Source: Octopus bimaculoides (Eukaryota). Taken from it: DNA of 32,885 bases. How positions within the stretch are numbered: position 1 is the first letter of the stretch; each line of letters starts with the position of its first letter. The stretch is taken from assembly GCF_001194135.2 (NCBI RefSeq), contig NC_068994.1, forward strand, positions 14,587,109 through 14,619,993. Direction: 5' to 3'. Both the position numbers and the translations under genes were made by a program. The notes under the pieces are model-generated. The model was not told where the DNA came from, did not search any database, and saw only the letters and a list, made by a program, of their open reading frames with translations. This document shows positions 11,956 through 21,039 of the stretch, piece by piece.

Positions 11956-12699
11956 ATTTTCCCATGTGATTAAAGCTTTAAAGAAGAGGGGTTAAATATN
12001 NNNNNNNNNNNNNNNNNNNNNNNNNNNNNNNNNNNNNNNNNNNNNNNNNNNNNNNNNNNNNNNNNNNNNNNNNNNNNNNNNNNNNNNNNNNNNNNNNNNN
12101 NNNNNNNNNNNNNNNNNNNNNNNNNNNNNNNNNNNNNNNNNNNNNNNNNNNNNNNNNNNNNNNNNNNNNNNNNNNNNNNNNNNNNNNNNNNNNNNNNNNN
12201 NNNNNNNNNNNNNNNNNNNNNNNNNNNNNNNNNNNNNNNNNNNNNNNNNNNNNNNNNNNNNNNNNNNNNNNNNNNNNNNNNNNNNNNNNNNNNNNNNNNN
12301 NNNNNNNNNNNNNNNNNNNNNNNNNNNNNNNNNNNNNNNNNNNNNNNNNNNNNNNNNNNNNNNNNNNNNNNNNNNNNNNNNNNNNNNNNNNNNNNNNNNN
12401 NNNNNNNNNNNNNNNNNNNNNNNNNNNNNNNNNNNNNNNNNNNNNNNNNNNNNNNNNNNNNNNNNNNNNNNNNNNNNNNNNNNNNNNNNNNNNNNNNNNN
12501 NNNNNNNNNNNNNNNNNNNNNNNNNNNNNNNNNNNNNNNNNNNNNNNNNNNNNNNNNNNNNNNNNNNTTTTTTAAATTATTATTGCTTTAATATATATAG
12601 ACTCCATATACATTTCAGATGGCCATGTCTACCAAATACTATCTCCATTATTTCAACTCTACTGACTGTAACACTTCTATGAAGCCTAAAGTTGTTGTA

Positions 12700-13251
12700 T
12701 CAAACACAACTACTACTAAGTTCTTAGTCCCTCACAATTCCTGGACCAGGCTGTGTGTTGTGTTCTTGAGCAAGACATTTTATTTCTTGGTGGCACATAA
12801 AATACACCATTTTGAGCGTGGCCGTTGCCAGTACCGCCTGACTGGCCTTCGTGCGGGTGACACGTAAAAGCACCCACTACATTCTCTGAGTGGTTGGCAT
12901 TAGGAAGGGCATCCAGCTGTAGAAACTCTGCCAAATCAGATCGGAGCCTGGTGTAGCCATCTGGTTTCACCAGTCCTCAGTCAAATCATCCAACCCATGC
13001 TAGCATGGAAAGCGGACGTTAAACAATGATGCTCCAGTTCACTCAGCTGTAGAAATGAGTTGCAATGCCACTGGTGCTGAGCTGTACTGACCTTTGCCTT
13101 TCCCTTGGATAACATCAGTGGTGTGGAGAGGGGAGGCCAGTATGCATGGGCAGCTGCTGGTCGTCCATAAGCAACCTTGCTTGGACTTGTGTCTTGGAGG
13201 GAAACTTTTTAGGTGCAATCCCATGGTCATTCATGACCAAAAGGGGTCTTT
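12700..13251 (+). mobile_element. CORE-like SINE (family D) interrupted by a family C insertion
   Basis: tgtgttcttgagcaagacattttatttc (to 12786) resumes as gctccagttcactcagctgt (from 13031). The intervening 12787-13030 is a family C element ending ggacgttaaacaatgat. Confidence 0.65.
12787..13030 (+). mobile_element. SINE-like repeat, family C (nested)
   Basis: Contains ggttggcattaggaagggcatccagctgtagaaactctgcc and the family C 3' end. Confidence 0.85.
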
Positions 13252-13370
13252 TTCCACTGCAAGTCACACAGTATGTGTATGATTAATATTTTCTGACTCA
13301 AAACTAATATCAAACCATTCTACTTTTGAGCTAAACAGCCATATAACAGAAGTGACAATGAACTCGTTAC

Positions 13371-13530
13371 CTGTTCTTTGAGCTCAATGGTTTGGTTCTG
13401 CAGTTCCAGGATTTCATTAAGCTGTTTCTCTTTATCTTTCCTCAGTCCAACCACTTCACTTTGTAGTTTCTCATTTAGTTTCCCTTGCCTCTGGTTTTCA
13501 TGTTTCTCTTCATTTGACAAATCTCTCATC
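13371..13530 (-). CDS. DCTN1: Dynactin subunit 1 coding exon, CC1 region
   Basis: Polypyrimidine ...ttttttag|G ATG...CAG|gtaacg, 160 nt, phase 2-0. Encodes (R/K)MRDLSNEEKHENQRQGKLNEKLQSEVVGLRKDKEKQLNEILELQNQTIELKEQ, similar to vertebrate RMRDLSSSEKQEH...IDELKEQ. Confidence 0.95.
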
Positions 13531-13691
13531 CTAAAAAAAAATGAAAGAATAAAACTTGGAATAATAAATGCTTTTGAAATGGTTTTATTCATTTACATTG
13601 ATCCTAATAGATTTTGTCTGGTAATTATTCTACCCAGTTATCTTGGGTGTAAAATTGTTGATGTTGGCACTCTGTCGCTTATGACGTCGAG

Positions 13692-13762
13692 GGTTCACAG
13701 ATTATCACCTATCATAGTGGGGGTTTGGGAACATAAGACCTGCGATAGTCGAGGGATTACTG
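13692..13762 (-). mobile_element. Tigger/pogo-like DNA transposon end fragment
   Basis: Minus strand TA|CAGTAATCCCTCGACTATCGCAGG...atgttcccaaacccc resembles Tigger-type termini. Only one end is visible. Confidence 0.45.
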
Positions 13763-13797
13763 TATGCCGTAATATATGAAGGGTATAGGAAGTTTAC

Positions 13798-14438
13798 NNN
13801 NNNNNNNNNNNNNNNNNNNNNNNNNNNNNNNNNNNNNNNNNNNNNNNNNNNNNNNNNNNNNNNNNNNNNNNNNNNNNNNNNNNNNNNNNNNNNNNNNNNN
13901 NNNNNNNNNNNNNNNNNNNNNNNNNNNNNNNNNNNNNNNNNNNNNNNNNNNNNNNNNNNNNNNNNNNNNNNNNNNNNNNNNNNNNNNNNNNNNNNNNNNN
14001 NNNNNNNNNNNNNNNNNNNNNNNNNNNNNNNNNNNNNNNNNNNNNNNNNNNNNNNNNNNNNNNNNNNNNNNNNNNNNNNNNNNNNNNNNNNNNNNNNNNN
14101 NNNNNNNNNNNNNNNNNNNNNNNNNNNNNNNNNNNNNNNNNNNNNNNNNNNNNNNNNNNNNNNNNNNNNNNNNNNNNNNNNNNNNNNNNNNNNNNNNNNN
14201 NNNNNNNNNNNNNNNNNNNNNNNNNNNNNNNNNNNNNNNNNNNNNNNNNNNNNNNNNNNNNNNNNNNNNNNNNNNNNNNNNNNNNNNNNNNNNNNNNNNN
14301 NNNNNNNNNNNNNNNNNNNNNNNNNNNNNNNNNNNNNNNNNNNNNNNNNNNNNNNNNNNNNNNNNNNNNNNNNNNNNNNNNNNNNNNNNNNNNNNNNNNN
14401 NNNNNNNNNNNNNNNNNNNNNNNNNNNNNNNNNNNNNN
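13798..14438. other. Assembly gap (641 N), probably hiding a DCTN1 exon
   Basis: N run. The flanking exons end in phase 1 and start in phase 2. Other gaps are at 5408-5565, 12000-12567, 15237-15336, 24767-24776 and 30034-30463. Confidence 0.9.
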
Positions 14439-14752
14439 AATTAATGTGCAAGTGGCTGAGCACACCAGAGACACGTGTACCTTTAACGTAGTTCTGGGGG
14501 AGATTCAGCGTGACACAGAGTGTGACAATGCTGGCCCTTTGAATTACAGGCACAACAGAAACAGGAAGAAAGAGTGAGAGAAAGTTGTGGTGAAAGAGTA
14601 CAGCAGGGTTAGCCGCCATCCCCTGCCGGAGCATCGTGGAACTTTAGGTGTTTTCGCTCAATAAACACTCACAACGCTCGGTCTGGGAATCAAAACCGCG
14701 ATCCTACGATCGCGAGTCCGCTGCCCTAACCACTGGGCCATTGCGCCTTCAC
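14439..14752 (-). mobile_element. tRNA-derived SINE, family E
   Basis: Minus-strand head gtgaaggcgcaaTGGCCCAGTGGttagggcagcggactcgcgatcgtaggatcgcGGTTTTGATTCCcag with clear A and B boxes. A family E-like 3'-end fragment lies at 13666-13696. Confidence 0.85.
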
Positions 14753-14800
14753 ACAGGAATACTTACAAACATCAACAAACCCAAAAAGGATATTACTTAC

Positions 14801-14897
14801 CTTTGTCCTTGATTTCATTTTCTAAAATATCGTGGTCTAAAGTAAGTTCTTCAAGTTTTTCTTTTAAGCCTTCTAATTCTTGTTCGAGACCTTCACA
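14801..14897 (-). CDS. DCTN1: Dynactin subunit 1 coding exon, CC1 region
   Basis: tttcag|TGT...AAAG|gtaagt, 97 nt, phase 0-1. Encodes CEGLEQELEGLKEKLEELTLDHDILENEIKDK(G), similar to [33 protein letters not shown]. Confidence 0.95.
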
Positions 14898-15192
14898 CTG
14901 AAATAACAAACCAGAAACAGCAAATGAGAAAAATCTTGGATCAATGTAAGCTTCACAAGTGAAACTGGACAGGCAGAAACTGGGCAGAAGCCCTTCAGAT
15001 GGATTGTACCTGTTCCTTGGTAGATTTAATCCAACACTTGGCTTAATGCCGTGACCTAAGCCCCAGTTACCTTTCCAGAACTCACACTGCTGCAAGCGTT
15101 CAGTCAAGGTCATGGATTTTCTTTCCCCTTCTTCCCCATTGCCAGTCTGAGATCACCACACTGACTCAACTCTTAAAATAAAACGAACAAAC

Positions 15193-15376
15193 ATAGGCGT
15201 AGGAGTGGCTGTGTGGTAAGTAGCTTGCTTACCAACNNNNNNNNNNNNNNNNNNNNNNNNNNNNNNNNNNNNNNNNNNNNNNNNNNNNNNNNNNNNNNNN
15301 NNNNNNNNNNNNNNNNNNNNNNNNNNNNNNNNNNNNAGTCAAATGACTGAAACAAGTAAAAGAGTAAAAGAGTAAA
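15193..15376 (+). mobile_element. tRNA-derived SINE, family A (interior in the 100-N gap)
   Basis: Head ataggcgtaggagtggctgtgtggtaagtagcttgcttaccaac, then N, then tail agtcaaatgactgaaacaagtaaaagagtaaaagag. Confidence 0.88.
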
Positions 15377-15439
15377 CTAACAAACCCTAACAATCTCTGT
15401 GATAGAAATTTTACCCAAAGATTAATCTCAAAAATTTAC

Positions 15440-15547
15440 CTTTTCTTCAGCCATTTCCTTGTCTAGGGTCGCAATTTCAACAGTTTCAGCAAGATCAGCC
15501 ATTTCTTCTTTATACCGGTCATATTCAGCTCTGACATCTCGGCTTTC
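15440..15547 (-). CDS. DCTN1: Dynactin subunit 1 coding exon, CC1 region
   Basis: ctttgtag|GAA...AAG|gtaaat, 108 nt, phase 0-0. Encodes ESRDVRAEYDRYKEEMADLAETVEIATLDKEMAEEK, containing the hallmark ATLDKEMAEE motif. Not in the supplied ORF track. Confidence 0.97.
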
Positions 15548-15757
15548 CTACAAAGACAAACAAATGAAATTGATAAATATTTTGTATGACTTAATCAAGA
15601 CAGATGGGGAAAACACTAAATCCACATGCAGATCCTTTCCTGATACAAAAAAGAGGTTAATTTAAAGATGGATTTAAGTTGAATTAGTGTGTTTGCTATA
15701 AAACTTTCTTGATGCTAAGGGTTGGCAATATATCAGAACTGCAAACTAAAGGAAACC

Positions 15758-15763
<6 letters not shown>

Positions 15764-15789
<26 letters not shown>

Positions 15790-16065
15790 GTGCATGTGTC
15801 CATGTTTGTGTTTGGGTGGCAATGTCTGTGTGTCTGTGTCCGTGTGTGTATGTATGCGCATGTGTCAGTGTCCACGCATGTGTGTATGTATGTATGTGTG
15901 TGTTTGTGATTGTGATTGTGTGGCCATGTGCATGTGTGTGCATGTGGCCATGTAGCCATGTGTGTGCATGTGGCCGTGTGTGTTTGTGTGGCTGTGTGTA
16001 TGTAAATGTGTGGCCTTGTGTGACCGTATATGTGTGTGTGTGCATGCATGTGGTGTCCATGTGAC
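15764..16065. repeat. (TA)n plus degenerate (TG/CATG)-rich low-complexity tract
   Basis: Direct reading; recurrent catgtggccatgt and gtgtgtatg units. Confidence 0.88.
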
Positions 16066-16838
16066 TGTGTACTCCCTTCATGTCATGCCTACACATCCAT
16101 TTCATTCATCTTTTGTAAACAGTGGTTTCATTGATGTTGCCATTTGTTTGCAGTCCACAACAAAAGAATGTTCGGGCTCCTTGACATGTTGCACAATCTT
16201 AGTAAACAGAATGGCTAGTTTTGGCATCATTTGTTTCCAGTTCTCCACACAAGCACGTCCAGGCTGTTCATTGCTCAACAGACTAGGAGATTATCACTGC
16301 ATCTGAAAGCAAGTGGGAGTTAATGACAAAAAAGGCATCAAATCCTCATAAACACTGTACCAAAATATCCTCATATGACCCATGCATGCATGGAAAAGGA
16401 GACATTAAAATGATGATCATAATGAAGTTGAATGCCTTGCAGAATCTGTCCAATTCCGCCAGATTCAACTCTGCCTTTTATCTTCCTGATATTGATAAAA
16501 TAAAGTTCCAGTGGAGTACTGGAATTAATACTTTTTTCTTTTTCCCTACCAAATTTCAGGTCTTTCCCCTTCCACGTTAAATGTTATTATCACTGATTTG
16601 GTTCAAAGAAGGGCTTGCACCTGTAGGATTTGCAAGCTCTTGAAGACCGGTGTGATTCAGGCCATTAACATTCCATTGAAATTGTTACAAGTCAAGATTT
16701 GTTGGTTAAATCTGAACAAAGATGGAATTCCAAAGAAACTTTCACATTGGCTTTTTGGTGCACCAAAATGTCAATGTAAGAATTTTCTCGTGGTAACTAC
16801 CACAGTGAGGTTTGTTCTAATAAAACATCCATGTTTAA

Positions 16839-17129
16839 CCCATTACCTCCCATAATTCTATTAACTGGAATTTTTTTTATGAAACTTTGATTTCTAGCAT
16901 AAAACAGCCTTAGAAACACGCTGGAATGATCAAAATAACATTTCAAAGTGACATTTTAAATAGAAATAAGCAAGATATTGGGTGAAAAATTAGCAAACCT
17001 CATTTGAATATCAGAGAAATATACCTAGTAGATATAGCAAAAAGGTTAGATATGTGTAAATATTGACAGATAATTACGAAATTTGCAATTTTTAAGTGAT
17101 CTCATATGAGATCACTGGTAGGTAATGGG
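16839..17129 (+). mobile_element. piggyBac-type MITE family P1 (young)
   Basis: TTAA|CCCATTACCT ... AGGTAATGGG|TTAA. Contains a perfect 22-bp subterminal palindrome AGTGATCTCATATGAGATCACT (17095-17116). Near-identical inverted copy at 29733-30026. Confidence 0.9.
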
Positions 17130-17161
17130 TTAAGTGGGGATAAATATTTGCCTCTGAATGT

Positions 17162-17307
17162 ATGGTGTTAGGAAGGGCATCCAGCCGTAAAATCCCTGCC
17201 AAAACAGACACAGTAGCCTCAGGTAGATTTTCTACCTGGCTGGCTCCTGTCAACCATCCTACCCACACATGCATGGAAGATGGACATTAAATGATGATGA
17301 TGATGAT
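17162..17307 (+). mobile_element. SINE-like repeat, family C, 3' part
   Basis: ggtgttaggaagggcatccagccgtaaaa ... gcatggaagatggacattaaatgatgatgatg. Confidence 0.75.
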
Positions 17308-17329
17308 TGTGGGGAAGAGTGACAGGCCA

Positions 17330-17404
17330 GATCAGGCCAGTTTGAACACAAAACAGATAGAATGTTTGGGCTAAACACAGCCAATTTAAACGCTGAAGGG
17401 TTAA
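17330..17404 (-). mobile_element. piggyBac-type MITE family P2, terminal fragment
   Basis: Reverse complement begins TTAACCCTTCAGCGTTTAAATTGGC, matching the P2 left end. Confidence 0.65.
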
Positions 17405-17414
17405 AATAATTTAC

Positions 17415-17486
17415 CTTTTCTGCAGCCTGGAGCTTTCTGTTTAAGTCATTGTTTACTTCTTTCATTTTCACTTTATTCTCAGAGAT
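17415..17486 (-). CDS. DCTN1: Dynactin subunit 1 coding exon, CC1 region
   Basis: tcttctgtctttgtag|ATC...AAG|gtaaat, 72 nt, phase 0-0. Encodes ISENKVKMKEVNNDLNRKLQAAEK, in the position of [23 protein letters not shown]. Confidence 0.9.
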
Positions 17487-17503
17487 CTACAAAGACAGAA
17501 GAG

Positions 17504-17572
17504 ATAGGTTACAAGAAGTAGGTTGCAAGTAATAGGTTACAAGAAGTAGGTTGCAAGTAATAGGTTACAAGT
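17504..17572. repeat. 28-bp tandem repeat (about 2.4 copies)
   Basis: ataggttacaagaagtaggttgcaagta repeated. Confidence 0.9.
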
Positions 17573-18359
17573 TTCTTCCGATTCGAAAAGAGCATAAAAC
17601 ACAAAATTCTCAGGACCCCTAAAAATCTAGATCAACATCATTAAGTTCCATTTATTTTATGATTTCACTTAAGCCTAATTATACAAATAACCAGTTACTA
17701 GAACTCAATTTACTTATACTTCACGGGAAAGCATCAAGAAAGTACAAATCATAACATCAATCAATGAATGACAAAAGAACAGGAGATACATAATCAGATT
17801 CATAAGCTTGGAGTTGTTTCTGCTATAAGAAACTGTGCACTCAGAGCTGAGTGCTTGAGCAACATTCTATAGCTTCTTCAGAGCCATTTAGATGAAGTAT
17901 ATGTTTATTGTGGATTTTATGTACTCATTACTATCATTTGAAAGGAAGATCAGGTGAGTGATTTACCATTTTGATATGAACCTAGTTGAAGCTGCTTCTA
18001 TTACTGCGTAACAAAATCACTCATGTAAGATGCTTATATAAAAATTAAAAAATTTCTATTATTATAATTACACACAAACACCTTTTAAATCCATTATTTT
18101 ACTAAATTCCTCCAAATTCCTCATTATTTTCAAAATTTATTGAAGCACAAAGGTAATGTCATTCATTAATTAAATATACGGTCAAGAGTTTTACTTAGGA
18201 TCACTTTACATTTCAAGTTCAAATATTTTAAACTACACTATCCAAGGTGTCTGTTTTATAAAATTAGAGTCGTGTGTGATTTCAGTGGGATTCCACTGTT
18301 TCTTGGCAGGTAAAGCAACTGTGCTGATGTTGGCTGTGTAACAGTGATGGGGAGAAGAA

Positions 18360-18725
18360 TGGTTGTGATGATATCTTGATGATAGTTGTGATAGCAGTAA
18401 TAAAACAACGATAGTGATGATGATGATGAGGATGATGACGATGGCCATGAGGATGATGGCTGTGATGCTGATGGTGACGGCTGTGATGATGATGGTGACA
18501 GCTATGATGGTTGTGATGATGATGATGATGATGGTTGTGATGATGATGATGGTGATGGTTGTGATGATGGTGGTAGTAATGATGATAGCGATGGCAATGA
18601 TGATGATGATGGTGATAGCAGTGATGATGATGATGATGGTGGTAGTAATGATGATGGCGATGGCAGTGATGATAATGATGATGACAATGATGATTGTATT
18701 AATGACAATAAAGATGTCAATAATG
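18360..18725. repeat. Degenerate (GAT)n trinucleotide tract
   Basis: Direct reading; it produces the spurious poly-Met and poly-Ser ORFs. Confidence 0.95.
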
Positions 18726-18834
18726 AAGATTAATCAAAAGTTAAATATTTCTAATTCATTAAAAAGAAAACAAAATACAAAACGAAAAAAAAACACCTCC
18801 ATACCACCAGCAAAGGCGACTTAAAAATACTTAC

Positions 18835-19032
18835 AATCTGCATCTCAATTTTCAGTTTTTCAAATTCCTTCAGCTTGGCCTTGTCCTCAATACGTTTTAC
18901 CTTCAGGGTCTCCAGTTTTTCATTCAGATCTTTGATCTCGGCTTTCAGTCCTGCATTCTCTTGTTCTTTCTGCAGTACAGAGAACTTGTCCTCAGCAATA
19001 GTCCTCATGGCAGTAACATCAGCAGCTGCCGC
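18835..19032 (-). CDS. DCTN1: Dynactin subunit 1 coding exon, start of CC1
   Basis: aag|GCG...ATT|gtaagt, 198 nt, phase 0-0. Encodes [66 protein letters not shown], matching [35 protein letters not shown]. The acceptor (AAG, first AG after the pyrimidine tract) is less certain than the donor. Confidence 0.92.
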
Positions 19033-19424
19033 CTTCATTAGCAGTAATGAAAGAAAGAAAACAGAAATTGGTTTCAATAATGATATTGATAATTAATAAT
19101 AATAATAATAATAATGGTTTCAAATTTTGCCACAAGGGCTGTAATGTTTTTGATCATAGGTTTGAGGTTTGCTTCTTCAAAGCTTAGTAGGGACTAAACA
19201 ACAACACTCAGTTCGCAACTGTAAAAGTGTCCATCATTTTCCCGTCTGCTTTTCCATGTGGCATGGGTTGGATGAGACTTTCTATGCCCAGACACCCTTT
19301 CTGTTGCCAAAACATAGTTGTTTTAAAATTAAAGTAATTCTTTTATTTCACTAGTCTTCACATGTCTAACAAACTATCAGACATATTGTTTACTGGAAAC
19401 AAAAACAACTAATTAAACACATGG

Positions 19425-19740
19425 TTTTGGGTCGAGTCCCACTTGAGCAAGTCTCTTCTACTACATGTACAGCTCCAGGCCAACCAAGATCTTGTGGGTG
19501 AATTTGGAAGAAGGAAACTATGTGGAAGCCCACTGTATATGTATGTGTGTGTGTCCCTCACCACATGACAACCAGTATTGGTTTGTTTACATCACCATAA
19601 CTTAATGGTTTGGTAAAAGCAACTAACAGAGAAAGTACTAGACTTTATCAAAATAAGTACTAGGAGCAATGTGTGACTAAAACCCAGCAAAGTGGTGCCC
19701 CAACGAGGGCACAGTCCAATGACTTAAAAGATAAAAGGTA
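19425..19740 (+). mobile_element. tRNA-derived SINE, family A, strongly diverged
   Basis: catggttttgggtcgagtcccacttgagcaagtctcttctactac ... acagtccaatgacttaaaagataaaag aligns to the family A body and tail. Confidence 0.65.
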
Positions 19741-19822
19741 TATCCACTTGAAATATAAACATCTCTTCAAACAGAAGTCAATTCTGGATTATTATGAGAG
19801 GAAAAAAAGAAACAAAACTCAC

Positions 19823-20055
19823 CTGTGAGACAGTCCGAGTACTTGGGGAAGTAATGCTTAAGCTTTTCTCTTCACTCGGGGTCGTTTCTCGGCTTCGAGA
19901 CATGCGTGATGGGATGCCAGTGCTCTCTCGACTTGTGGTCATCGAGGTTTGCATTCGTGAGGGCTCACTGAAACTGGAGGACATCTCCATACTGGTTGAT
20001 GGACTGGTTTCCTTTGAGCTTGATCGTGATGCAGCTTCAGCAATATTTTCAGAAC
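19823..20055 (-). CDS. DCTN1: Dynactin subunit 1 coding exon, Ser/Thr-rich linker
   Basis: gtgtag|GT TCT...CAG|gtgagt, 233 nt, phase 1-0, which fits both neighbouring exons. Encodes SENIAEAASRSSSKETSPSTSMEMSSSFSEPSRMQTSMTTSRESTGIPSRMSRSRETTPSEEKSLSITSPSTRTVSQ. Assigned by phase and position rather than strong homology. Confidence 0.85.
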
Positions 20056-20394
20056 CTACACGCAATAGACAAGAGTTGATTAACAGAGACAAAAATAAAA
20101 TATATAAACCAAATCATTAAGTGTAACAGAATTATGTTTCTTTTTCAGTATGCATTCATTTCACTTACTCCTACCTTAGATATTTCTATATACACCACAT
20201 TTCAATTGGATTATATTTCAGATTATCCTCTCTTTTATTACTATTATTCTTAATTAAAGTAGTAAGGCTGGCAGATTCGTTAGCAAGCTGGATGAAATGT
20301 TAAGCGGACACCACTTGCATGATGGTAACATTCATTTACAATCATTAAGCAATAACAAGACAGGGAGGAGACAGTAACACACACACACACACAC

Positions 20395-20433
<39 letters not shown>

Positions 20434-20511
20434 GAGCGGTTGTATATATTTAACCACTTGTTATGGGAGGTAAATATATTTAACCACTTGTCATACTTAA
20501 GAATATGGCTA

Positions 20512-20790
20512 TTTCGCAGCCTTCTGTATATTATAATAATTTCAGTGCATATTAAATTACATTTGCATGGCTGAACAAAAATGCATGTATATAAGTCAAT
20601 GCAGATGAAGAAAGCTAGCTCATCAGGTCACCAGAACATCATGGTGCAACCAGGATGTTCTGATGAACTGATCTGTGAATATACAATTGTAATGTATAAT
20701 GTGTAACATGCATATTAGTGCAGACATGTAAACATTATTTATTATGCACTGAAATTATTATAACATGATGAAGACTGCGAAACAGCTGTA
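20512..20790. mobile_element. Old fold-back (palindromic) element
   Basis: Outer inverted repeat of about 45 bp (tttcgcagccttc...ttataataatttcagtgcatattaaat versus its counterpart ending ...gactgcgaaa) and an inner inverted repeat (atcaggtcaccagaacatc / gatgttctgatgaactgat). Confidence 0.6.
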
Positions 20791-21039
20791 ATCCTAAAGA
20801 TGACAAGTGGGTAGATAAATATCATCATTCCTCATACCTCCTGAGTGTTTATGGTTTATATATTCCTCATAAAATAATTACATTGATAAGATCTCCAGGA
20901 CTTCCACTGCATGGGACTCTGCATTGTACTCCTCTGTACTGGATTACTATGTGGTGTGTTAGCCAAGTCCACCTTCTGTGATAGCCACACAATTCTAAGA
21001 ATCCATATATTACACTATATCACACATACACACAAGGGA

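Noticed and set aside
13705-14634. Long ORFs of 169-309 aa here and at 29916-30705
   Set aside because: Open only because they run through N gaps; the called residues come from SINE or MITE sequence.
14690-14752. tRNA-like sequence with A and B boxes (also at the family A and B heads)
   Set aside because: These are SINE heads continuing into SINE bodies, with no complete cloverleaf; not tRNA genes.
13666-14752. Reading 13666-13696 and 14439-14752 as one family E SINE split by the gap
   Set aside because: A Tigger-like end and unique sequence intervene, and the phase logic requires a host exon in the interval. Two separate fragments are more parsimonious, although this is unresolved because of the gap.
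16598-16855. GC-richer stretch and 85-aa ORF between DCTN1 exons
   Set aside because: All three minus-strand frames after the candidate acceptor contain stops, and the flanking exons already join without a gap in homology.
18414-18824. 136-aa poly-Met ORF (+) and Ser-rich ORF (-)
   Set aside because: Both are translations of a degenerate (GAT)n tract inside a DCTN1 intron; no splice or homology support.
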